Of a stretch of 64,000 nucleotides of DNA, positions 46,653 to 58,700 are shown one piece after another; the first letter of the stretch is position 1; the number at the start of each line of letters is the position of its first letter. Position numbers and translations under genes: made by a program. Source of the stretch: Yuukianura sp. NJ FZ-2021 (Eukaryota); contig JAJCTO010000011.1 in assembly GCA_046563655.1 (NCBI GenBank), positions 124,001-188,000 of the forward strand, written 5' to 3'. Under the pieces are notes generated by a model. The model ran no database searches and was not told the origin of the DNA. It saw only the letters and a list, made by a program, of their open reading frames with translations.

Positions 46653-49600
46653 ATGTGCCTGTTACTGGTTTTTGCAAACTTGATTTTAACTTTTCTTGCA
46701 TCGGCAACATCAGAACAACCTTTCCGTATTCGGAATCTCCATAAACTGATGGATCAGTTTCCACACACTGACAACTTGGTAATTGCTGAAAACGAGCACT
46801 TTGAAATTACTTCAAGTTTTGCTGTTCCCATTAAATTGTACTACATGTGGAGCAGACATGGAATTTGTGAAGGTTTTTTCTCCGGTGAAGAAATTTTCAA
46901 CAACTGGCATATTTTTGGTAAACTAAACACTTTGGAAATATTTCTCATATTTCCAACCACTGTATATGGAGATCAGGAATACAAAGGGCCGTTGAATTCA
47001 TGCTTTCAATCGCACTATGGGAATGAGATAAATTCTGGTGTTGAAGATTACGGCGGTAATTTTTCAAGACACTCCAGTATACATATGTTCATATTTTCAA
47101 TCGTATCAATCGTCCTAAATCTCGTTACGTAGTTAATATTCCACGAGTATTCAATAGTGGAGTACCGGCTATATTTTTTCACAAGCTAAATCTAGACAGT
47201 CCAAATGCATAACAACGTGGAATTTATAATTTTTAACATTTCAGTTTACCATGATAGTAAATGGTACATAATGAACACATCAGCAGCACTGAAGTCAAAT
47301 CTGTTTGGAAACGTGATAGCCAATTTTCACAGAGTGAAGAGGTTTGGCGCATTCTCAAAATGTAAAAAGTTAGTACCCGGGTATAAAATTTTAAATCCTT
47401 TCAAAAGCCATGAAGCAATGAAACAGTTCGAGCTGCAAGACTACATTTATTTGCTTCTGTACAAGCTGAAAGTTTATGTTTCGAAGGAAGAAGATGAAGA
47501 AAATCTGTCACAAATCATTGAGCAAAGCGATATAGGCTTTTACGCTGCAGTACAAAGTTTTAACTCATGTTTTTTGTTCCTGCTAGAACAGACAACATTA
47601 AGTTTCTTGACCTGTGACGGAACAGCGGAAATGTTAAACTTTGAAATTTATACAAAACCGTATGATTCATACTTTTGGAGTGGATTATTTGCAACTGGAG
47701 TTTTATGCCGAATTTAGAGATTCTGTTACCATGCCGTGAACGTTACCATGCCGTTACCTTTATGTTCTTTGTTTCATTTATACTTGCTGCTAAAAATAGA
47801 AAGGAATCTTTTCCTCTGCCGTTCTTCTTTCCTCTCTCAATTCTGTTGAGAAAATGTAAACCGTGATTTTAGGAAAAGGATGGATTCATCAGTTGCCGCT
47901 TTGGCTATTCGGCTAAGGACGATTCGACGTCTACGACAAAAGATGAAGCGACGACCACGATCCATGCACATCCGCAACATTTTTCTGAATCGATCGATCC
48001 ATGGCGAAAGTGTTTTGGCAAAGGAACTCCGTTCTGACCCTTACTACCACTTTCGCTACTTTCGGTATATGTGAAATATGAAATTATAAAATTAAAGCGT
48101 CCGTGTATTCATACAATGTGATGTAAAACTTGGCTTTCAGAATGGACAAAGCTAACTTTGATGAAATTTTGGCTGCGACAGATCTGAAGCCACTTTCCAA
48201 AAAGCATATTCTTCCAATTTCTTGGACTGACAAGCTTGCAATTACTTTGAGGTACGATGAATACAATTTTTGAGCATGCGCAGGAGGATAATTTAACGTT
48301 TTTTTTTTAAATTTAGATACCTTGCCACTGGGAATTCACAGATTTCACTTGCTATGAGCTATCAAATTTCACCGTCCTCAATTTGCAAAATTTTGAGAGA
48401 AGTCATGGCTTCCATCTGTCACCATCTTGGTCCAATTTATTTGCCAAAACCTACCAAGGAAATATGGACTACAAATGAACTCGGATTCAAAGAAAAGTGG
48501 AATTTTCCTAATGCGTGTGGAGCAATCGATGGGAAACATATAAGAATTCAAAGTCCAAGATTTTCTGGAACAACGTACTTCAACTACAAAAACCATTTTT
48601 CCGTCGTTCTTCTAGCGATTACGCATCTTTCATACAAATTCTCAGTTGTAAGCATTGGTCACAGTGGCTCACAATCCGATGAAGGTATTTTCGCGCGCTC
48701 GGATTTTGGGAAAATGTTGGAATCTCCAGAAACAGGATTACCAGATCCGAAAAACGTCGACGGAAAAGTCCTACCGCAGTCTTTGTCAAGGGAAAGGAAT
48801 GTATAAACCGAAAAATCGGAAAGGAAGGCAGAAAGATCAACGAAATGAAGAACGGTATGGGAATGTGTAAATTCGGCATTATTGACACTTTTTGCTACTT
48901 GTGCAATTCATGTCCAATCACGCACAACTTTTCAGTTTAGAAAATTAGTTCCGATATGCCTAGACTTTTTGTTCATCTATTGCGGAAGTCTTTGGGAAAT
49001 TTCTACTAAATTACAGCAAAAAAATGCCCGAGATCGTAAAATTTTTGTTCTCAGTTTGTGGACGTTGCTAGCTATTATTTTGACAAAAGCATTCAAAAGT
49101 GTAGTTGCGTCGCATCTGACAACTGACAAACCAATTACACAAACATACAACAAACTGAATCAGCTGGAATGTTTCGTGATACTTATAGAGGAGACCTTTG
49201 TTCAGTACTGGGAGTTCAAGAATCTTTTATAACGCAAGAACTTATGCCACTATTTACTTGACAATGACAAATTTCAACAACTCAAGGACTTTCAAATGCC
49301 TTGATCTGATTGGTCCTCATCATCAGCTGCAAGCAAGCCAGTTTTGCTGGGACTGGTTTGCATACTACATTAGAGACGAGACTTCGCTTGATGAATACAC
49401 GGCATGGGCAAGGTCTAAACTTCCTCACACGATCATACTAGGTACTCTGCAAAATTTAGGCATGACTTCCAAATTGCACAGAATCAAAGATATACCTAAG
49501 AGACTTTCGGAAATTCTCTCTTCTTGTTCAAAAACAGCTCTGGTGTTGCAGGAATCAGACTTAATTTTATATTTGGCATACTACGAAAACAGAATACAAC

Positions 49601-50600
49601 GTGAGAGTAAACTTTCCGGCGTAGAAACTGTATATTTCCGGAAAGGAAAGGATGAAGAGCAGTTTGCTCTTGTTGTGTGCTGGGCGGACTGTAAACACCC
49701 AGGGTTCTTGAATGGACGGAAACTAAGAGAGAAACACAACTGCGTCGACCCAAATACTGTTGTATTGTATCAGACCCACTGTACACTAATGAATGCCTTT
49801 GACCTTTGCTGTGACCCCAAGTAGATGGTTGGTTTTACTGGTTTATTGAAACAATGAACTGATTTCTGTTGAAGGAAGACAATAGTAGAGGATACCACAC
49901 ACAAAGGAAAGGTTAGAGTCGTCTCTATAGCAGAGCAACGACGCACACAAGAGAGTTGACTCCGCAGAGGTCAACGGACACATGAAGACAGTGACTAGTT
50001 GAAAGAAAGAAGACTAATGAAAGACTGTCCTGCCGAGAATGGCAGAGGAAGGGAATTTATAGAGTAGGGGTCGACCTCAAGGGCTGACCTGGTCACAAGT
50101 AAGAAAAAGACAGTTTGGGTTGGGTCGTAAATCCACCCCATTTGAAATGACAGTTTCTAGGAAAAGACACAAAAGTGTAGATTGAAACTATAGAAACTGA
50201 CAAGTGTAAACAAATGAGAGCCTAAGTTAACCTTACTTCTTAGAAAGACTAAAATTAACATAGGGAATATAGAAAATTGCCTGAGACGACTCAGAAACCC
50301 TGAAAACGCTCCAACAAAGGATCCAATATGGAGGACGGCCATAGGATATCATTTTAACCTTGAGCATAAATACAAAAGAATGCAACTACTCATGTGCTCT
50401 GGAATTTATCATTTGTGGGAAAAGTGGGTTCCTCTAACCAAGACCTGCAGAACGAGACGAAATTTTACGTGAGCATGAAAAAACACAGTGGCTAAAGACT
50501 CGACCTCGAAAACTGAGCCTGACAGGAAATATTATTACGTGTTTCTACATGCTCCTGTGTTGCTTGGGTTTATGCACTTTTGCATTCATTTATGAAGTAC
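46653..50600 (+). pseudogene. Divergent ionotropic-receptor-like gene, disrupted by frameshifts and insertions
   Basis: Signal peptide, FLTC..FEIYTKPYDSYFW plus TM1, SLWTLLAIILTKAFKSVVASHLT, and SGIYHLWEKW..LSLTGNIITCFYMLLCCLGLCTFAFIYE resuming near 50380. Split by the Harbinger insertion and by an unrelated ~49680-50340 segment. Confidence 0.6.
47706..48878 (+). mobile_element. Internally deleted PIF/Harbinger transposon with a partial 3-exon transposase (47880-~48775)
   Basis: TIR tgccgaattta / taaattcggca and TTA TSD (47703-05, 48879-81). Motifs LAITLRYLATG and WNFPNACGAIDGKHIRI..YFNYK..SVVLLA..G..SDEGIF. Truncated before D2/E. Confidence 0.9.
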
Positions 50601-51441
50601 GATTGGTACTTTATACAAATATAACTCAAATGAGAAGTGTATCTCATTGCCTACTACCGTATTTCCTCGACTACAAGACGCACTCGTAACATGCATTTGC
50701 CGCAATTTTAAGGACTAAGGAACAAAAACGTATGCGCTTATGTTGTATATTATGAAATTAAAAATGAACGTTGTAGAAAATATTAGCGAAACATCTATGT
50801 GCACTACCACGTATAAGCAATGTAAAAAATTAAAAAAAAAAGTTTTTCATGTAAGTGTGTAAAGCGCCACTCTACTTTCATTTTGTCAAAAAGCTGGGAC
50901 CACCCCGCAATGTAAATAAATTTCTCAATAAACGAATCTGAAATCACAACTTCTAGCTTTGTATTCAGCGTTCAAATGATTCAGTGAAATAAGGTAAATT
51001 GTTATATTAAGTAGTATATCAAATTGGAAATTTTGAACTAATCGTAAGTGGTTTTCTTCTAACATCATCTGTAAGCCGCGAGGAATTGTAAAATCTACAA
51101 AAGGTAATCCAGAATCGGCGGTTCTTAATTAGTTGAACCACATTTACTAATCCATACGGATACTTCCTATAAGTTTTAATTGAAAATACCACAACAATAT
51201 TTATCTGTTCACAAGCGAACGTTTACTGCCGATGCCGAAAAATGTACATGTACGTGGAAATTGTAACTGGGAATCTCGGTGTGTTTGGATTTATTGCGGT
51301 TACGATATTGGAATTAGAGTGCTAAATTAATTTTCAAAATTTATAAAACAATGCGAACGGATTTAGTCGACTCGCAGTCGCAAAAGCTTCAAAGGACTTT
51401 CTAACATTTAATTAAAAAAAAAAGATTTTCGAACTTTTGAA

Positions 51442-52292
51442 ATGAATTTCTTTTCGAAAGGAATGTTTTTGGTTTTGGGTGTGGCCATCCTTGGAGGCAT
51501 TTGTGTTCTGGCACAACGAGAAGGGAATGGACAATTTGGTCCCGAACAGTCTGGAAGATTGCCTTACGTCACCATTTTTGAGCATTACTTTAATGGTAAC
51601 CTTTCATTTTTTTTCAATTTCCAAAATTCTAACACTAAAAGATGCGAAACGAAAAAAGAAATAAAATACAGAAGAACCCATCGTTCTATAATTCACCGGA
51701 AGTCCCCTCTCAACCAATCAGCGCGCTCCTCTCACCCAACCTTCCAATCAGAGAACTCCTCCCAAAGCACCAATAAGAACTCTCCTCTCAACCAACCAAT
51801 AAGAGCTTATTCCTGAATGAGAAGCTCCGCTTCTAGCAACACGTTGTAATTGGTTGGCTAAAATGACTCTTAACCTTAACCAAAAAAAAAGTTGCTAAAA
51901 GTATTACATTTTTGTATTTCTTCTGTATTACATTTTCCAAGAACATCAAAGTTTGAGTTGATTTGCAAAACGCTTAATCAAATTAATGTTCAATTTTGAC
52001 TAATTATTCAGGGCGTCATTGGAATATTACCGTCGCCGGAACTTGTCGTTGCCAGAACTTCCCCGCTTCTGCCTCCAATATGATAACGTCGCTTCATACG
52101 AACGGTAACTGTGTCGTTTTGTTCCGGGACAAAGGTTGTTATGGGCATGCCGTACGTCAAGAAGATTACTCCTATGGCTACAGGGATTTGGGAAATGTTG
52201 GAATCAACGATGCTGCCAATGCTGTTCAGCGATGTGGTTGTTATGAAGAAGATGCTGGTGGAGCAGGAACTACTCCCAGCAGCATATATTAA
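51442..52292 (+). CDS. Small secreted beta/gamma-crystallin-like protein; exons 51442-51595 and 52012-52292
   Basis: Signal peptide. A phase-1 GT-AG intron joins VTIFEHYFN-G-RHWNIT..CRCQN..NMITSL..GNCVVLFRDKGCYG..DLGNVGINDAANAV..C, a Greek-key-like pattern. Confidence 0.65.
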
Positions 52293-53117
52293 TTAACTTG
52301 ACTCAACCATGATTCTAAGAACAACGGAAATTTTGAAACATAACATCAAACTGAAATATTAAGTCACACTTTCAAAATTAAGGTTTCTCATTGAACCATG
52401 ATTGAAAAATAAAAGTTGATTAGAACTAAATTCCCGGAATTTTAAACACAATGTGGTTATATAACAGCAAAATTTAATTGATTAAAAACATAAATATTCA
52501 AATTACATGCACATTTTTTTAATAAATCTAACCTAAGAAAAACAGCAGTGAAGTGCAACACCACCTCATTTAACTATTTTAGCATTCCTAATTTTAAAAC
52601 TTTACACCAACTTCGTAACATCGGTTGAAATCATAATGATAAACCACAGAAATGACTAGTTAACCACAGCTTTTTAAGATTTTTCAATTACATTTGACGC
52701 TGGATATGATAGTTTCTTTGTCTTTGTCATCAAATTTCGCAAAACTGCAGAGTTGAACGAAACGTTTTTGCAGCTTTCCTGACTGCATTTTTGTGGTAAA
52801 GTGGAAAGATACGCTGCACTCGCATGAAAATTTCTATGCTAAAACTAACCCACCCTAAAACACAAGTCTCACAAAATTGTAGGAACAGTATGACTAATCC
52901 GTCTGACCAAATCGATCTTTTACTTACACTTCGAACTTCTCTTCATTATAAACCAACAGTTGAAAAACCTCTTTTTTATCATTTCTCAAACGGACTTAAC
53001 TGAATGTGGTTTTGGGCCAATCAAAGTGCAAGATTGCAATTCAGTGCAGTCGATTTACTAAAAAAGTCAAGCTTTTGAGTTTTCAATTATTTTAACTTTG
53101 AAACTAAAAAAACAAGT

Positions 53118-53703
53118 ATGGAGACGATTGAAGAGCTGGCTGCTTGCAAGCATTACTTGCTATACTGGAATGATACTGCGGAAGTATCTACTGATACGAT
53201 TAAAGAAAAAATGAAGGAAGTCAATTTTCTCAAAAACTCAACAAGTTCGGAAGACAAAGAAGAGGCTGATTCTTCTGTAAGGAAACGAAACATCTTTAGT
53301 CCACTTTGGCTCCATTTGTTCAACTTTTTCTGGAAATTGTTGCTGGAGATCTAGAGAAAGCAAGAATGACGCTGGAGGAAGTTGAAACCACGATGGATTT
53401 GTTTACTTTAGCAGGAATTGACCAGAATTATCTTCCTGGATTCGAATATTTGCATGAATTGATCAAATTACACTTCAAACTGGCTTTTCAAAATGTCGCT
53501 GAATTCCAAAAAGTCAAGTGTGACATCGCCGTACGACATCCACCACCGACTGCTTTGGACTTAGATGCAGAGTACAGTGATTTGGGAAGTCGTAGCAAAT
53601 GTGTCGTCATTTTAGCTCGATGGATGCTTGATCTAACGCACCATCGAACTAGTCGTCAAGACGGACTGCAAATTATGAGAGAGGTAATTTACACAAAGTT
53701 AAT
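53118..53703 (+). pseudogene. Helical hypothetical protein gene fragment with a frame break near 53280-53330
   Basis: Two overlapping protein-like ORFs (53118-53354 and 53306-53719), with a donor-like gtaat at 53684. No family recognised. Confidence 0.35.
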
Positions 53704-53984
53704 TTTAATGAAAATATAATTTCTGAAATTCAACGGATGTGTAAATTTTTTATTTTGAAATTTGGCCGCGTTCAAAATTTGTACAATAGATCCTCTCAAA
53801 TCGAAACTTTTTTGGGTTAGATTTTCTATTATGCTTACAATCGGTTGAGATAAGGTTTTGCAACCTTCATTGTATCGGCACAGTGTAGCCACTTTGTGGC
53901 TACAATAGGTGGCTACACTATTCAGTTGCATAATGGGTGGTGTGGGAAAACAGTATTGGTAAGCCTCCAGTGGATAAGGAGGCA

Positions 53985-54075
53985 CCATGGTCCGGTGGTC
54001 ACACCGGCTGCTTTACTTTTTCCTATCCCGCAGAGTGGAGGACGAGGTCGCAGGTTCGAAACTCGCATCAGTCCT
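53985..54075 (+). mobile_element. Possible tRNA-derived SINE head
   Basis: A-box-like tggtccggtgg and B-box-like ggttcgaaact, followed by an A-rich tract. No full cloverleaf. Confidence 0.3.
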
Positions 54076-54511
54076 CATACTGCCCGAAGAAAAAAAAAAT
54101 AAATAAAGCCTCACTGCAAGCTGAATTGCATAACTGAGTTGATTAGGTTAATTAGTTTGTTAATTTGTCCCAGGCTTGTGCAAGCATCCCGATTCCCCTA
54201 GGTTAGTATTCAACTCAGTTTGCACCTTCTGCACTAGTCGTCTGCAATTGGTTTTAAAAAACCGCTGGGGAAAACAAAAAACCGTTTTTTTCCCGTAGCA
54301 ACGTATTATGCACATAGAGTTGTCAAGACGACGATTTTTCGTTTTTTCTTTTAACTAGAGTATACATGAGGCATTCTTTCAACAAAATTTTTGAAGCAAA
54401 TTAAAAGAGGTAAAAAAACCGATTTCACCTGAACTTTAAGCCCGGTTCTCACGACGAAATTCAAACGTTCTTTCAAACTTTCTAAAATTGTTAATAAAAA
54501 AAGTTGAAAAG

Positions 54512-54785
54512 ACAGTCAAATAATTTTTGAATTGCAAAGGGTGGATCTTTGGTTGGTGAATCGTGGAGCCAAATAAACTTCTTGCTAATTAACTTTACTG
54601 CAAGGGAGATTTGTAGAGAACGGTTGTGGCAGTACTTTAGATACTTTAGAAGGATATCCATAACTTCTGAGCTACAGCAGCTTGAAGTCTCAATTGCAGT
54701 GAAACTAATTAGAAGGAAGTTAATTTGACTCCAGGGTTCACCAATTGAAGATCCACACTTTGAACTTCAGAAACTATTTGACTGT
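54512..54785. mobile_element. Degenerate MITE with ~100-bp imperfect TIRs
   Basis: acagtcaaata..gtggatctt..ggtgaa..aacttc..ctaatta is inverted to taattag..gaagtt..ttcacc..aagatccac..tatttgactgt. Confidence 0.6.
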
Positions 54786-55140
54786 TTGTGTCGCCTCAAA
54801 CTCCAAACAAATCAGTGACACCCGTGTCAGATCCATAGTTCCTAAATCACGGGAGAATGACCTGGTGATTTCTACCATTGATGTATACTTAGTAAGTAGA
54901 TAGTAACTTAGATGTAGATAGGTTGTTTAGATGTAATTAACTTAAGTATCAGTAATTTAATTAGAATTAGTAAATAGTAACTTCAATTTAACTTTTTGCC
55001 AAAGCAATTTCAGCAGCAGAAGCAATTGTTGGGTGGCTGCCGCTGCCACCTCCTCTTGGCACACTACAAGTCACCATTTGTATCATGACAGATATGCGCG
55101 GATATTTTGTCTAAAAAGTCTTAAAAAACCTGCTTTTCGC

Positions 55141-55644
55141 ATTTTAGTCTTCTGGAGACGCATGTCTACGACATGCTGAAGAAGACTATTGATACGACTT
55201 TGTCTGTCCGTCCGTCCGTCTGTCCGTAACGTTTTTTAGGATCCTTTACACTGAAACATAAGCCCCATCGCAGTCGGGGGGTTATCTACGGCTCAAGTGT
55301 TTTCTCTACCTCTGCAATTCACTCAAAATGTTAAATTAACAACATAGAAATTGGCGGCTACTTTACGTACCCGCAGTATCGTGGCTCCGCAAACCTGTTT
55401 TGGTTTCGATTGCACTCAAATTATTTATACACAACGGAGTTTAACTTAACTTAACACTTTGAGTGCAATGTGGAGGTAGAGAAAACACTTGAGCCATACA
55501 TGACCCCCCGACTGCGATGGGGCTAATGTTTCAGAGCAATGAGTACTAAAAAACGTGACAGACGGACAGACAGACAGACGGACAAAGCCGTATCTATAGT
55601 CTTCTTCAGCACGTCGTAGACGTGCGTCTCCAGAAGACTAAAAT
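55141..55644. mobile_element. Two DINE-1/HINE-like 5' ends in inverted orientation, forming a composite palindrome
   Basis: attttagtcttctggagacgcatgtctacgacatgctgaagaagactat plus (gtcy)n on the left, and its reverse complement on the right. Confidence 0.7.
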
Positions 55645-55779
55645 CCAACATCCGCTATTCCATCCAAATCACTTCATAATGCATCGGTTTTTTATGGAAG
55701 ATTAATATCGTCTCAGCAACAAAATGCAAATTTTCTTTTCAAGCCTCAAAAGGTTAAATTTATTTTACATACACTGGTT

Positions 55780-58700
55780 TCAAAAAACCGTTTGAAAATT
55801 ATAAAATGTCAATGTATAACTAGCAAGTCCGTATAGCGTAAAATTGCTATCTTGGCACAATTCCGTTCCTCAGGATTCAATCAGACCTTAGTTGAAAAAT
55901 ATTTTCAACAACACTGTTTTCAAAAAACCACTTGAAGATCCTCAAACTAGACAAATGTCCCTATTTTTGTAGTCTGTCTCCATAGCGTCAAATTAAAATT
56001 GCTATCTTGGCACAATTCCGTTCCTCAGGATTCAATCAGACCTTAGTTGAAAAATATTTTCAACAACACTGGTTTCAAAAAACCACTTGAAGATCCTCAA
56101 ACTAGACAAATGTCCCTATTTTTGTAGTCTGTATCCATAGCGTCAAATTAAAATTGCTATCTTGGCACAATTCCGTTCCTCAGGATTCAATCAGACCTTA
56201 GTTGAAAAATATTTTCAACAACACTGGTTTCAAAAAACCACTTGAAGATCCTCAAACTAGACAAATGTCCCTATTTTTGTAGTCTGTCTCCATAGCGTCA
56301 AATTAAAATTGCTATCTTGGCACAATTCCGTTCCTCAGGATTCAATAAGACCTTAGTAGAAAAATATTTTCAACAACACTGGTTTAAAAAAACCACTTGA
56401 AGATCCTCAAACTAGACAAATGTCCCTATTTTTGTAGTCTGTCTCCATAGCGTCAAATTAAAATTGCTATCATGGTACAATTCCGTTCCTCAGGATTCAA
56501 TAAGACCTTAGTAGAAAAATATTTTCAACAACACTGGTTTCAAAAAACCACTTGAAGATCCTCAAACTAGACAAATGTCCCTATTTTTGTAGTCTGTATC
56601 CATAGCGTCAAGTTAAAATTGCTATCTTGGCACAATTCCGTTCCTCAGGATTCAATCAGACCTTAGTTGAAAAATATTTTCAACAACACTGGTTTCAAAA
56701 AACCACTTAAAGATCCTCAAACTAGACAAATGTCCCTATTTTTGTAGTCTGTCTCCATAGCGTCTAATTAAAATTGCTATCTTGGTACAATTCCGTTCCT
56801 CAGGATTGAATTTCAGACCTTAGTTGAAAAATATTTTCAACAACACTGGTTTCAAAAAACCACTTGAAGATCTTCAAACTAGACAAATGTCATTATTTTT
56901 GTAGTCTGTATCCATAGCGTCAAGTTAAAATTGCTATCTTGGCACAATTCCGTTCCTCAGGATTCAATCAGACCTTAGTTGAAAAATATTTTCAACAACA
57001 CTGGTTTCAAAAAACCACTTAAAGATCCTCAAACTAGACAAATGTCCCTATTTTTGTAGTCTGTCTACATTGCGTCAAATTAAAATTGCTATCTTGGCAC
57101 AATTCCGTTCCTCAGGATTCAATCAGACCTTAGTTGAAAAATATTTTCAACAACACTGGTTTCAAAAAACCACTTGAAGATCCTCAAACTAGACAAATGT
57201 CCCTATTTTTGTAGTCTGTCTCCATAGCGTCAAATTAAAATTGCTATCTTGGCACAATTCCGTTCCTCAGGATTCAATAAGACCTTAGTAGAAAAATATT
57301 TTCAACAACACTGGTTTAAAAAAACCACTTGAAGATCCTCAAACTAGACAAATGTCCCTATTTTTGTAGTCTGTCTCCATAGCGTCAAATTAAAATTGCT
57401 ATCATGGTACAATTCCGTTCCTCAGGATTCAATAAGACCTTAGTAGAAAAATATTTTCAACAACACTGGTTTCAAAAAACCACTTGAAGATCCTCAAACT
57501 AGACAAATGTCCCTATTTTTGTAGTCTGTCTCCATAGCGTCAAATTAGAATTGCTATCTTGGCACAATTCCGTTCCTCAGGATTCAATAAGACCTTAGTA
57601 GAAAAATATTTTCAACAACACTGGTTTAAAAAAACCACTTGAAGATCCTCAAACTAGACAAATGTCCCTATTTTTGTAGTCTGTCTCCATAGCGTCAAAT
57701 TAAAATTGCTATCATGGTACAATTCCGTTCCTCAGGATTCAATAAGACCTTAGTAGAAAAATATTTTCAACAACACTGGTTTCAAAAAACCACTTGAAGA
57801 TCCTCAAACTAGACAAATGTCCCTATTTTTGTAGTCTGTATCCATAGCGTCAAGTTAAAATTGCTATCTTGGCACAATTCCGTTCCTCAGGATTCAATCA
57901 GACCTTAGTTGAAAAATATTTTCAACAACACTGGTTTCAAAAAACCACTTAAAGATCCTCAAACTAGACAAATGTCCCTATTTTTGTAGTCTGTCTCCAT
58001 AGCGTCTAATTAAAATTGCTATCTTGGTACAATTCCGTTCCTCAGGATTGAATTTCAGACCTTAGTTGAAAAATATTTTCAACAACACTGGTTTCAAAAA
58101 ACCACTTGAAGATCTTCAAACTAGACAAATGTCATTATTTTTGTAGTCTGTATCCATAGCGTCAAGTTAAAATTGCTATCTTGGCACAATTCCGTTCCTC
58201 AGGATTCAATCAGACCTTAGTTGAAAAATATTTTCAACAACACTGGTTTCAAAAAACCACTTAAAGATCCTCAAACTAGACAAATGTCCCTATTTTTGTA
58301 GTCTGTCTACATTGCGTCAAATTAAAATTGCTATCTTGGCACAATTCCGTTCCTCAGGATTCAATCAGACCTTAGTTGAAAAATATTTTCAACAACACTG
58401 GTTTCAAAAAACCACTTGAAGATCCTCAAACTAGACAAATGTCCCTATTTTTGTAGTCTGTCTCCATAGCGTCAAATTAAAATTGCTATCTTGGCACAAT
58501 TCCGTTCCTCAGGATTCAATAAGACCTTAGTAGAAAAATATTTTCAACAACACTGGTTTAAAAAAACCACTTGAAGATCCTCAAACTAGACAAATGTCCC
58601 TATTTTTGTAGTCTGTCTCCATAGCGTCAAATTAAAATTGCTATCATGGTACAATTCCGTTCCTCAGGATTCAATAAGACCTTAGTAGAAAAATATTTTC

